From positions 434,001-498,000 of the forward strand of contig OZ024753.1 in assembly GCA_964016885.1 (NCBI GenBank): a stretch of DNA of 64,000 nucleotides, in the 5' to 3' direction. Shown in pieces: positions 41,001 through 54,154 of this stretch (position 1 is its first letter; each line of letters starts with the position of its first letter). The notes under the pieces were generated by a model. The model saw nothing but the letters and a program-made list of their open reading frames with translations, made no database searches and had not been told where the DNA came from. Made by a program: the position numbers and the translations under genes. Source of the stretch: Eledone cirrhosa. Its lineage: Eukaryota.

Positions 41001-41721
41001 CTTCTCAGTTGTGGAAAGGACTCATCAAACAGAATCTCAGTTATAAAGTCTTTGAAAAACAATTATTCTCATTCAGCTCCAGCTGATGTTCAAAAGTCAC
41101 CATCATCTGCAATACCTGTTATTACTAGCACTGGAAATGTGAACTGTAAAGGAGGCTTCAGTACTACAACAGACACCTCCATCTCTTCTCCATCAATATT
41201 AGCACGGGATAGTAAAGATTGTGTCACTGCCACATCAATGCCAAGCCCTATAATTGAAAATAAAAGTAATATCCCTGTAGTTACACCAGAAAATGCATCC
41301 ACACCTGCACCTGTACAAGCCCCAGCTGTAGTACTAGTACCTGATATGGTCAACAATGGTCCTTCTGCTGCCATCAATAATACCCCTAGTATTACAGCTG
41401 CTGCATCTCCTATTATTGCAAACCAACCATACTTAACAGTGTTTCAAAGCAATTTAGGACCCCAACTTGCTATAAACAATTACATAATATGGCCATCAGT
41501 GGTTCTTCAGGTAAACAAGAACCCTAAGATTTTCCCAGAGAGAACACATGCTGACAGATTGTGCCCAATTGCTCCAGCACCTGCTCCTGGTGTTCCTAAT
41601 AAGAACTTTCCTAACCATTTTTCGGACAGCAAGCAAAAGAAGCATATTTGTCCATATTCCAACTGTGGCAAATCCTACAAGAAGAGTTCACATCTAAAGA
41701 CCCATATCAGAAATCATACAG
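41001..41721 (+). CDS. KLF10/11: KLF10/11-like factor exon 3 (S/P/T-rich region, PIAPAP motif, zinc finger 1)
   Basis: atctttgcag acceptor; GTAAG donor at 41722 (phase 1). Contains LCPIAPAP and HICPYSNCGKSYKKSSHLKTHIRNHTG. Confidence 0.93.
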
Positions 41722-42377
41722 GTAAGCGGCTTTTACTTGTCAAAAATAGTTTCCAAAGTTATCATCATCATTTAACATCTATACTCCCAGTTGTGTTGTT
41801 ACAGACAGTACTTAAGTGGAACTATTGATCTTTAATGTGGGTAAAGGGCCTGCGCTCTACCGAGTGCATTATTTCACGCTCCAATGAACTAGCCCGTCAC
41901 AAAAGGGGCGTTGTTTTGTCTTTGACACAACTGAAGACTCCTTGCGATCTTTTGTTTAGCAAGTTTTCTATGGTTCGATAACCTTCCTATCACTAACCAC
42001 TTTACAGAGTTTACTGATTGCATTTATCATGTAGTTCACTAACATTACAGAGGTTGTCAGTCATTGACTCAACTGAAAGACCCCTTTCTACCCTAGAAGC
42101 AGAGGATTGACAAGTATAATGTCATGGGTGTACAGTGTTGTGAGTTTTGATAGAGTAATGAAAGAATAAGAGGAGTGGGGATAGCCTCTGGTAACAAAGG
42201 AGGTACTGTGATGATACCAGCTAGTAAGGAGTTGTTTATGTCAGAATTTCAGAAGTGGAGATCCTGGATAAAGTGTTGGTGTTAGGATTTATGAGGAGTG
42301 GAAGTGTACAGTAATTGTGTGAATAGATAGCTAGATGAATAGACAGATATATTGAATAAACAGTTAGCTAGATAGCT

Positions 42378-42591
42378 TTAACCCTTTAGTATTTAAACCA
42401 GCCATATCTGGCCAGAATTCTCTCACCTCTTTCTGTTCAAACCAGCCACAACCGGTTGTTAATACTGATGTTAAGGTATTATTCTCAAAATAAATAATAT
42501 CAAAATCTCGTAGCTTCAATATTATGAGAGATAGTGTTTACTGTGAAAATACGATAGAAAATATAGAATAATGTAAATACTAAAGGGTTAA
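42378..42591. mobile_element. TTAA MITE in KLF intron 3
   Basis: TTAA-CCCTTTAGTATTTA...TAAATACTAAAGGG-TTAA. Confidence 0.85.
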
Positions 42592-42714
42592 ATAGCTACT
42601 GTTCTATCACTGACCATCTTGTTAACAATTGTGTAGGAGTGAGGTACGGAAGGAAATATCAAATTACCCAGACAAATCTAGCACAAAGTGGTTGTCAGGT
42701 GATATTACTCTTTT

Positions 42715-43283
42715 GTTCTGAGTTCAAATCCCGCTGAGGTTAGCTTTGCCTTTCATCGTTACAGAGTCGATTTAATCAACATCCCTTCCCAAAATTTGTT
42801 GATGTTATGCCTAATTCAGGTCTGAGTTTAAATCCCGCCGAGGTTAACTTTGCCTTTCATCCTTACGGGGTCGATAAAATAAAGCACCAGTAATACCCTG
42901 GGATAATTGCTGGCCTTGTGCCAAAAGTAGAAACAATTATTATTATTGAGTTCAAATCCCGCCGAGGTTAGCTTTGCCTTTCATTCTTACGGGGTTGATA
43001 AAATAAAGTACCAGTAATGCACTGGGATCAACTTAATCGACTTCCCCTCCTCCAAAATTGCTGGCCTCATGTCTAAATAGAAACCATTCGGTGGATTGGC
43101 AGTATCAGTAGAGGGTAAGACGCCATGCTTTGATGCAAAGAGTTCCGTCCCTTTACGATCTGAGTTCAAATCCCACCGAGATTAACTTTGCCTTTCATCC
43201 TTACGGGGTCGATAAAATAAAGTACCAGTAATGTACTGGGTAATTGCTGGCCTTGTGCCTAAAGTAGAAACAATTATTATTTA
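42715..43283 (+). mobile_element. Array of four head-to-tail SINE copies in KLF intron 3
   Basis: The GAGTT(C/T)AAATCCC..GCCTTTCAT block recurs at ~42720, 42823, 42948 and 43162. Confidence 0.85.
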
Positions 43284-43430
43284 TTTTATTATTGATCTCA
43301 CTGTTTTACTTGGTTTCAATTTCCCTTTGTTTTTTTTATACTGTACCCACCTTTTTGAGCCCTTGTGAACAATAAAAGGAATCCTATTTCTTCTCTACAT
43401 TTTATCTTTTTATTCTTCTCTCTTTTCAAG

Positions 43431-43663
43431 GTGAAAAACCATTCAAGTGTGACTGGACAAACTGCAAGCAACAATTTGCACGCTCTGATGAACTAGCCCG
43501 TCACAAAAGAGCTCACACAGGAGAAAAGAAGTTTAAGTGTCACATCTGTGGACGTTGTTTTGTAAGATCTGATCACCGAACCAAACATGTGAAGACACAT
43601 AACAAACAGAAATCTCTGGTCAATAGAAACACTAACAATTTCAGTAATCCCCTCATATCTTAA
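43431..43663 (+). CDS. KLF10/11: KLF10/11-like factor exon 4 (zinc fingers 2-3, stop); ~390 aa protein if exon 1 is correct
   Basis: Polypyrimidine tract plus caag acceptor, phase 1. Encodes [56 protein letters not shown]...PLIS*. Not in the ORF track because it has no start codon. Confidence 0.95.
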
Positions 43664-46600
43664 AATAAGCTACATAATACATGTATGTATACAGTAATTT
43701 GTATATGTATTACTATATTATGTGTTCCAGCTGCCTGGCCGAGAACATGCTGGGGCACCACCATTATATATATATATTTATATATATATACATATAATCT
43801 GAAATGGCAATCCTGGTGTATCAGAATTGTTAATCTATGTATGATGTAATTCAGTGAAATGTGTGTGTGCCCAAACACACCACATACACACACACACATA
43901 CATACACACATCTTTTTTTCCGTGCTGGCATGGGTTGATGGGTCTTATGACCATCCTTTGTCATCTGATACATATTGCCAACACAGAAAACTACCCATGC
44001 TTAGTCTTTTGGCAAGGACGTTTTTTTTTTTATTTTTTTTTTTTACAGATGTATACCCTTCCCATTGCCAACTACACTGAAGCACGAACTGGGTACATTT
44101 TATGATGCCATCAGCATCAGAGAGGTTGTCTGCTTGGACTAAAGCATCTCCTCTACACTAAATCTGGTTTTATTCAGAATTAAATTTCCCCAAGACAGTT
44201 GGACTTCACTGTAGGATGTCCATTGTACATCTTTATTTTTTCTTATTTTAGCATGTTTTTTTTTTTTAAAGTTGGATGATGTTCTTATTCCCAACCACTA
44301 TTCAGCATGGCAAAGGTATATTTTATCGTGCCACCAGTATATACATATGGTGTAAACAATGTGGTTGGGTATTGTGCAATTATTTTCTTTTTGCTTGTCA
44401 AGCACCAAAGTTTTCAGTTCTCAATTTTGGTGCATTTAATGAAGTCTTGTATGTATATATGTATATATATATATAAACAATCGATCAACAGGATCCCAGA
44501 CCTCATTCACTTAACGAGCTCATCAGATCGGACCGAGGAAACTCTTTCCATTGGTCTTTCCAATTGCTAATACTATCTACCGGTCGCAAATCCAGGCAGA
44601 AGGAGCAACGTGAAATAAAGTGTCTTGCTCAAGGATACGACGCATCGCCCGGTCCAGAATTCAATCTCATAACCTCTCGATTATGAATGCAATTCTCTAA
44701 CCACTCAGTGTGTGTGTGTGTGTTTACTACTGTTACAAATACTGGTGTCCAAGTATTTAGATATAACAGAGTTCCACAACTGTTATAGCAGTACACTATA
44801 TCCATACAAACTACACAGAAATGTGGGTTTTCAACATATTTCCCCTCCACTGAAAACTTGTTTGAATTAGCATTCAAAGCTTGAGGATTCTGAATCTTAT
44901 GTGGGGCATATTGTCCCGTGATGTAGATTTTTGTTTCTAAATTTTTTTGCATTTATTTATTTGCTAGTGGATAAACCAGGGTTGCTTAAGCATGGCCTAT
45001 GAGTAAAAGAATATAGAGATATTTGATACTAAAACTGAGTGGCTGAATGGCACTGTGTCTTGTATTTTGAAATGTTGGTTCTGAGTGGAGAGTTGGTGCC
45101 TATTGAATTTATCACAGACCTGCCTTCCTATACTAATGACATCTTGAACCCCTACTGATTATGATGTATATAGCAAAGAGAGATGTAGACAGTAAAGCAT
45201 TTAATACAGAATGCAATGATGATGATGACAATGGTGGTGGTGATGGTGAGACATAATATGTATGAGGAGGTTTTAGGTTCAAGTTCTATGCGGCTTACTA
45301 CTACTACTACTACTACTACTACTTCAGAAGAGTAAGAACTGTTATATTAGAGAGTAGAAACATAGGTTAGTGGTTACTGTGAATTAGTAGTTAATGGTTT
45401 ACCAATCAATAAAGGAACCTTTTATATTAATCAGTTTTGGCAGGCTAGGGTTGTATGATGTCTACATTTGTCAGCCTTTTTTTAATCTTAAGTATCAAAG
45501 CAATTGACTATGCCTTATATCCTCTCAGCCTTCTCATTGTGAGAGGAACAGACATGTTAATAAAATACTAAGCACCAGTTATATACTGGTGAATATTAAT
45601 ACAGAGTTTGGTTGGATTAAACTTAATTCTTTGATTAACATTTCCAGAATGTATGTGTCATATTGAATCCTAAATTTTAAAGCTCCCCTTCCCATCGATG
45701 TGGTTACCATTTTGAAAATTACTGTACCTAGCAGTGATCCTTGTAAGATTTTAATGGCCAGCAGAGAACATTTGTTTTATTTATCCTAGCAACTCAAACA
45801 ACATTTATAAAATACTGAATTCCTTGATTGCATTTAAACTTGAAAAGTTTGGCATACTATTTTAAATATAGCTTTTTGCTACACCTCTTCATTCCTAACT
45901 GTTCAAACCCTACCACACATTTTCCCTTTAATAGCTATTCTAATCATCATTGTACACCCTCACCCTCCCAAATCAATCCAAGTTATTTTCCATTAAATCC
46001 CACCACACTTGTCTTAGCTCCTTAGAAGCTCATCATCACTGTACATCTCACTTTAATGCTCAGTGCTGCACACCATGTATCTCTCTCTACATAACAAGCT
46101 GAGCTTCACTCTACATTATTTGTACATTTTTTTTTTTTTGTCTGCTTTTTCCCTGCTTGCAAGGGTGGGATGGGAACTGATGCTGGCTTGATTTCTACAG
46201 CTGGATGCCCTTCCTAACACCAACCTCATTTACAGTGAGTGCTGGGTGCTTTTTTGCCGTGGCACCTACACAACTACTTTGCAATATATATACAATCACA
46301 GTGTCTCTATCACCTGCTGTAAATGGATCTCTGTTGGGTTTCATTATGAATATTACAGTTGTTAAATCAACTGGGCTGCCTACTCATTGAATTGTAGTGC
46401 AAGTAGCTGAGTATTCCAAAGGCACATATATCCTTTATGTAGTCTTCAGGCAAAATCGGCATGACTATGACAAAGCTGAAACAATAGCTTACAGTTTCAG
46501 TCTATCCTGCAAGGCTTTATGCATGTGATCAAAACTGTTCTAGTGTGATCCAATTCTTTAGGTCACTTGCCTCTTCAGACATGGTAGAAACTTTTTGAAA

Positions 46601-48446
46601 CTAGCATGAGCTGGATGGACTTTTTTGAAACAATGTTTTACAACTTTCCTACCACCAATCTTTTTAGTTGCTATGCAGAGGTATAGTGTACCTGTTATAA
46701 ACTAGATACACATGACATTGATATTGAATGCACACATATATAGGTTTAGGCAGCGAATCGGCAGAGTCGTTAGAACGTCAGATAGAATGCTTTGTAGTAT
46801 TCATTTCGGCTCTCTGAGTTCAAATCCCACCAAGGTCAAATTTGCCTTTCATTCTTTTGAGGTTAATAAAAAAAAGTACCAGTCTAATACTGGGGTAGAT
46901 TCTTCCTCTATATCTCTTTCTCATTTCCTCTCTCACACTTTCTATCCTTCTCTGGAAGAAATCTGTTGTATTCAGACCTGGAGAGGAGATGGGCTTCGCC
47001 AGGTTTTAAAAATGCCCTAGAAACGCTGTATGTCAATATGGTGCCCCTACGACTATCAGGAGTTACAGGTTCATATCATACCATATATAAGGTTTATTCA
47101 ATATAAAGTACCAGCTATCAACTGAGGTTTGATTCAGTTCATTAATAAACACATCTCTCACCTTCAAACTATATGCCTTGTATCAATATATGAACTCAAT
47201 AATAATGATAATAATAATACTGCTTTTGTTTTGTTTTTAATATTTATATTAAAATCCATAATAAAAATCAAAACAATAATAATAATATTGATATTGCTTC
47301 TGTTTCAAGTTGATTATTATACATATATCTATATATTATATATTATATATTTGTTACTTTTTTTATACTGTTTGATATTAAATACAATTGTTACTGTTGA
47401 CATACTTAGTTTATCTTATTTCTTTTATGATTCTTTGAAATATATTGCTGCCATTCAAATATTCATATCTGCGTCACTAATTGAAGAATGTCTCAGTTTT
47501 TTATATATTTTGGGTGTTACCAAAAGATGTATACACAAAAAAAAAAAAAAAATCTTTAAGAAACGCATTACAATAAATTCTGTTTCGGGTGTTTACATAC
47601 AATTGAATTATGTCTGTAGATCATTTATTTTTGGGAAAGGCTGTGCATTCTAATAAATATTGCTTGTACAAGTAATCAAAGTGTGTATACATTTTGGGGG
47701 GACATCCTGTATGTATGTATGTATGCAATTTTGCCTGAAGACTACATAAAGGATATATGTCTTACTTTTTTCCAGGATAAATAATTTTCATGTCATATAG
47801 AATTATTGATAATTTTCACAATCCTTAAAATTTTCACAATCCTTAAAATTTTCACAATCCTTAAATGATTATATATATATATTGTATTTCCAATTCTTTA
47901 ATTTCGTAGAATAAATTGTAAACAAACGATATTATTTAAGTTGAGAAAGCCCCTGTTTGCTTATCGAAAAGAAAGAATAAAAAAAATAGTGAATGATCGC
48001 TTTCATTGTTCTATTCCCTTTGAACAGGGAACACGAAAGAAGAAAACAAACAAGTAGGAGTAAGGTTAAAGAGAGTAAAGCAAAACAGTTTCAGCTTCCC
48101 TTTCCTGTCAGTAAGAAAAAGGACCGGTGTTACTTTTCTTCTCTATTGAAAAGAGCGTATGAAAAAAAGAAAACAAAAGCAACCTTTTTGCTCCATGCTT
48201 TCCAGTAGGCAAGCTCTCAACATATTTTCTCCGGAAGCACTGTTTTTATTGCTCTGTGTGGCTGAGATCAAATATATCTATGTCGGTTGTCCAGTGGGAT
48301 GCCCCTAAGATTGCGCAAGTAATAGAAAACACAAGGCGCTATTCCATGTTCTCAAAGTTGATTATATCGACCCCCATGACTTGGATGGTACTTTATGTTA
48401 TTGAGCCCCTTAAGGAAGAAAGGCGAAGTTAATCTTGGCAGGATTC

Positions 48447-48953
48447 GTCATACCAAGTTGATTGTGCAGAATATTCTCAACTTTCTCACGGGATATGATA
48501 ATAGCGCTGTCTATTTGATTTATAGTCAATCGCCTGTCATCCATCACCATGTGATGAACATGATCAATGTTTGCCATAGTGGTGGCAGCTGCAAGCCGTC
48601 CAAACCGTGGGTCATCTTCAAGACTCGATTCCCCTATTAAATTCAGCTGCCCACGTCGTTGGTTAAGTTGGAGCATCATTCCCTAATGTAGCAAGCATGT
48701 CAGCATAAATGTCCTTTGGGGCTAAAACCTTTCCCCGTCGGTACTTGATAACACCACGATGCCAAAGTTTGTCGATTTTCAAGAGAAGTCACTACTAGTT
48801 ACTTTTGAAGTTTTCTTTGAACAGTCATATTATTTTACATGGAAAGAAGCATTGCAGTTATCAATAAGAGTTGAAATTAATGCTTGCAAGATTTCACAGC
48901 TCTAGCATCACTCCCTCATATTCAGCTTCTGAACTTTTCGGCCCACCCTCGTA
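48447..48953 (-). mobile_element. Mariner 5' fragment (TIR plus transposase N-terminal HTH), truncated by a SINE
   Basis: TA-CGAGGGTGGGCCGAAAAGTTC terminus; NIDHVHHMVMDDRRLTINQI...VENILHNQLGMT is typical of mariner. Confidence 0.85.
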
Positions 48954-49254
48954 ATATCAAATATAGTTTCAAAATACATGGGAAAGTATTCCTTCAATTT
49001 TATGCTTTTAGAATTAACTCCCCTTTCTAAAGTTTATTCGTGCACACACACACACACATGGACAACACGATTTATAATACAAGGGAGATAACTCTTGCAG
49101 CACAACTAAACAATTGTAGGTGTAAATTTTGGCATGATTGATTAACAAAACAATTTTTCTATTTACACACAAAAGGACTACATATCCAACTCGGACTGGG
49201 AGTGTTACTTGTCATGGGACCATACATTTTATAGAGTATATGCCTCCTATGACA

Positions 49255-49545
49255 CCTCACCTAATAAAACTGGACATGCGTAACGCCCTCAAAAGCATTG
49301 AGCAGGATCGCGTTTTAGAGACGTGTCTAAGACGATCTTCCTCGCTGCACCCACTCACACACCTCTCATATGGGACAGCTAACATACACATGGCTTCTGA
49401 CAAATAGATAGATCACTTCTGCCACGAGTGTCCAGCAAGGGGACCCACCCGTCTTGCTCCTTTTCGCGCTGGCCTTTAATGACATCACCAACTCAGTCTT
49501 CTCGCCTCTCAATGTCCGATACTTGGACGACGGGAGGCTTGGCAG
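49255..49545 (+). mobile_element. Reverse transcriptase fragment of a CRE-clade-like non-LTR retrotransposon
   Basis: KLDMRNA, then (after a frame change) VQQGDP..LLFALA..NVRYLDDG motifs. Confidence 0.8.
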
Positions 49546-50991
49546 ATTCTGTTGCTGAGGACTACCATGTACACGCCACCTTCTACATCTATACACTTCA
49601 TACACACCACCATGTACATCTACACATCCAATCTTCACATACACTCCACCATCACCATATACACACCACCATCAACACATATACACATTACCATCAGCAT
49701 ACACACATATACACACCCCATCTACAAACCACCATTCACCGCAATAGCAGTCACAATCTTTCTCTACCCATTGCATCTTTTATGATCAGTTGTTGCCCTG
49801 TGCAGGTTATTAGCTCTGGCCATTAGTGTGAGCTTTATCTTGACAGAAAATGAACTCAGAACACAAACTCCTGAAACAGATACTGCCAAACATTTTGTTC
49901 AACTACTTTAACAATTCCAGCAATCCACCGCTATGAGCTGATATTTTATTCTATCAACCCACCAAAGGGATAAGAAGCAAAGTTGATCTCAGAGCGTAGA
50001 ATGCCAGAGAGCCCTTGCCTTTCCCTTCCTTTTCCGTAACCATAAAAGATACTTACATTTTTTACAATAAAACATAATTGTTTCTACTTTTGGCACAAGG
50101 CCAGCAATTACCCAGTACATTACTGGTACTTTATTTTATCGACCCCGTAAGGATGAAAGGCAAAATTAACCTCGGCGGGATTTGAACTCAGAATGGAAAG
50201 GGCCGTAACTATGCGTCAAAGCATGGCGTCCGACTCTCTGGCGATACTGCCTATAATAAAGAAATTATGTTTGGAACACGGCGAGCGAAGTTTTGAATTG
50301 ATATAGAAATATAATACCACAAAATATATTATCTGATATTCTAATGACTATAATTTCACGACCGTATTGATGTTAAAACATGCCAAACCAAGGATAGAGT
50401 GAACTCATTAGTTATGTCAACGACATGATGACTTCATTAGAGTGCAGGAACATATGTAAGAAAGTTGTAACGACAGCCCATCTGCTAACAGGGAAAATGG
50501 CGATAGCTATATCATATATAAATGCAAATTTACGTCTGTAGATGGAAATATTGAAATATTTTTTCATCTTTAAAGATGAAAATTATAAACTTATTATAAA
50601 AATATTAAGAGCCACAGTGTTTGGCTATTGAATGGGGGGCAATATACAGTTTGAGAGGTAAGCCAAGGCTCGAGGAGGTGTGGACTAACCACCCGCTCAG
50701 CAGAAGCAGACCTCGAATGAAGAACAGCCTACTCTTGATTAACCCAACAAGGTATCGTTTTGTGTATCGAAGATGACACTGTGCACTTTATACTTCAGTA
50801 AATTTTTTTAGAGAGATTTGGCTGTTATTTCTAGCACATCTCAACAGGGAAAGTCCAACGTTCAATAAACTAGAAATAGCAGACATGTTTCTACAAAATA
50901 GACACCCAAAAGTCTTTAAATACATATAAAAGTTGGAACTTACCTTGGATGTTTTCCATCATAACAGCACATTTAGCTTTCCAACATCTTG

Positions 50992-51030
<39 letters not shown>

Positions 51031-51032
<2 letters not shown>

Positions 51033-51230
51033 GAAAAAGTATGACATGGCGGCAGAGCTCAGGCCGTTTCGACGGCTATTTCAGTTCAGAAATAGCCATC
51101 AGCCGTCGAAACGGCTCGAGCTCTGTCGTCAGGGTCATACTTTTTCCTATTACCCACTCTACTACCCTAAGTATTGAGTACTCTGGTGCGTTACGGTCCA
51201 TCTGTTCCTTACCACAACTCCTTCGTTATA
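51031..51230 (+). mobile_element. Family B pLTR fragment with 5' fold-back inversion
   Basis: Left arm is the reverse complement of GAAACGGC...TTCCT; shared 3' tail ...TTACCACAACTCCTTCGTTATA. Confidence 0.7.
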
Positions 51231-51781
51231 AATATATATATCAGTTCAAAATCCGGAGGCTGGTTAACCCATAGTAATCCGTGTTCAGAGAATTGTCCAG
51301 GTTCGAATGGCAAGTTGACCACATAAGCGTATGATTGAAACAAAACAAACACAGGGATATTATGTTCACTCTTAGAGGTGTGTTTGAATTTTCGTTTGAT
51401 ATTTGTCTATAGTACTAAAATATCACTGCATCTCTCTACTTTTAAATAATAAAAACATGAAGTTAAAAGAACGTTGGAGTTCCCTCCAAAAACCAAGCCT
51501 CACTTTCACTAAGGATCTCTCATGTCTAATGTACATTTCTAAACATGGCTGTAACTGCTTTTAACAGACTGCCTCTTCTCTTCAGCATCGTTGGATAAGG
51601 ATTAAGTTATGTCTAAGGCAAATAGAAGAAAATGATTTATATAGGAACGTTGGGACTTCCCTCCAATGATTTTTGAGGTAAGTTATCATATTCGAAACAT
51701 TGCCGCCGGTGTAATTTCATTAGACGCATCAACTGATACGTGTATGCAAATATGTAAATATATATATATATATATATATAT

Positions 51782-51989
51782 ATAACGAAGGAAATGTGGT
51801 AAGGAACCAGGTGGACCATAACGCACCAAAGTACTCAATACTTAAGAGTAATAGAGTGGGTAATAGGAACGAGTAGGACCCCGACGGCTGAGCTCAAGCC
51901 GTTTCGACGGCTAATTCTGGACTAATTCTGTCCAGAATTAGCCGTCGAAACGGCTTGAGCTCAGCCGTCGGGGTCCTACTCGTTCCTAT
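51782..51989 (-). mobile_element. Family B pLTR fragment with fold-back inversion (young copy)
   Basis: About 60-bp perfect inverted arms centred near 51926; near-identical to 24679-24819; lies in (TA)n. Confidence 0.72.
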
Positions 51990-52519
51990 ATATATATATA
52001 TATACACGTTATACAACACATATATATATATATATATACAACACACATATATATATATATACACACACATGTATATGTATATATACACAGGTATATATAT
52101 ATGTATATATATATACATGGATATATATATATATACAAATATGTACGTGTATATATATATATATATATATACATCTATACAAATATGTATATGTATATAT
52201 ATATACAAACGCAGTATCAAAAGACTGCGTACGTGTGTGTGTAATTATGATGCCAATCTCTGGTGACATGATGAATTACATCTTAAGTGTGGTCATTTGG
52301 TACAAGGTAAGGGCAATTAGACTTATACCAAAGTAAAGATGACCGTCTTCTGAGTATCGAACATCACTTGGTATCGAAGTCTCCCAGAGGGACATCAATG
52401 CGCGAAGCGATAGTTAAACTTGAGCGGGTGGTTGGTCCACTCCTTCTCGAGCCTTGACTTAAAAGCGTTGACTGAGAGGGTGCGTCAACTGTTTCTGATT
52501 TGAGGTTGTTCCACTAGCA

Positions 52520-53032
52520 TCTATGTAAAGCTGTATACAGCTATGGTACGACCACACTTGGAATTCGCATCATAAGTCTGGAACCCCTATCTTGCTCAAA
52601 ACATTGACCTCCTGGAAACTGTTCAGAGTCGTGCAACCAAGCGCATACCCTCCATCAGACACTTACCATACTCTGAATGCCTTGCTTCCCTGGGCATGGA
52701 TTAATTGAAGCTCTGACGTCTGGCAATGGACTTGGTAAATACCCACAAAGTTATTAACCATCTTGCCAACAACAACCCTGAGCACCTTTTTGATGTCCAT
52801 GTGTCTAACACACGTGGACATGCCTACAGAGTCAGAAAACAGCACAGCTCCCATTACTTTCGGAAACATTTTTTCACGCTTAAGAGTTGCTGAAGCATGG
52901 AACAAACTACCTGTGTCAATTGTTAGCAGCCGAGACACTGCATCCTTTAAAACCTCCATGCTTCCCGAAATTCGCCAAAACTACACCTGATGCCCCCTTC
53001 CATACACACGTGTATCATGACTCATACGCTGT
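52520..53032 (+). mobile_element. CR1-clade LINE 3' fragment; shorter copy at 62093-62395
   Basis: LYTAMVRPHLEFA..VQSRATKRIP..TRGHAYR..FFTLRVAEAWNKLP, with internal stops. Confidence 0.88.
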
Positions 53033-54115
53033 TCAACTTTGCCTTTCATCCTTACGGGGTCGATAAAATAAAGTACCAGTAATGTACTGGGTAATTGCTG
53101 GCCTTGTGCCAAAAGTAGAAACAATTATTATTATTATAGATGATCACAAGTGCAGAAAAGAAGTGGTTCCTAGGACTTGGTTGGTGTTGCACCTGGAGCT
53201 TCTGGTTGTGTCCTCGGGGAGTCCTGCATTGCAGTGCATTGCTGCAGATGGGACACCTTCTAGTGTACTGTCCTTTATCGAAGTCTTTTAAAAGCCTGTA
53301 TGATGTCTGCCCCTCTGCCTCGTATACTCCAGCGTCGGAAGTCCGAAAGCCCGAAGACGTTCATTGTAGGGTAGTAAGTACAATCGAGTGTGACTCGGCA
53401 TAGTACGGATAATTGTGTGAGTCTTTATTGTTCTAATTGTGGGTTCTATCAAGTAATTTTATTTGGGTTAAAAATAATGATTATGTTGTAGTTTGTTTTG
53501 TTTATCTCGGATGTAAGAAAAGACAAAAGAGTCACTGACAGTTGTATGTTATATTGGGTTTATACTTCTAACACAAAGGTAAATGGTAAAAAAAAAATCA
53601 TCGAGTCTCTGACCATCCACTATTAACACTCCAGCTTATCTAATTCATTCAATTGCTGCAAATGCATGTTATTAGTTTTAAAGAGCTTTAAACTGGTTAA
53701 ACTCAACAGACGACAGTTGACTACTTAAGGTTGGTGATCTCCCCTTGATCACTTTTGAACCAAATATCTGCACACACGCATTTATCTCCAATGCCCAGTT
53801 TTTTTTCTCTCAAATCATCCGGGGTTCGCCGTTCAATTACTCCTACGTTATAAATCTAGTGAAGCATGTTCGATTCGTGTACATATATATATATATATTA
53901 GACAGTCGCGTACACACACACACATATATATATATATTAGTGTAAGAGCTGTTATATTATATATTTATGTTCATACTCAGAACAAAAAAGGGCTATCTTA
54001 TTTTTAAAGGCCCGCACTGTGTACGGTCTGAGGAGATTGTCATTACTAGACATTGAAACCAAAAGTTAGCGCTTTCCTATTATGTGTATGAACACAGACA
54101 AAGAATATGTATGCA

Positions 54116-54154
<39 letters not shown>

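Noticed and set aside
41722-41828. C-terminal extension of the 290-aa ORF
   Set aside because: It is read-through into intron 3 beyond the canonical HTG|GT donor.
44485-44545. Minus-strand CTGATGA with hammerhead-like surroundings
   Set aside because: GAAT replaces GAAA, there is no convincing stem I, and it lies in a SINE tail; at best a relic.
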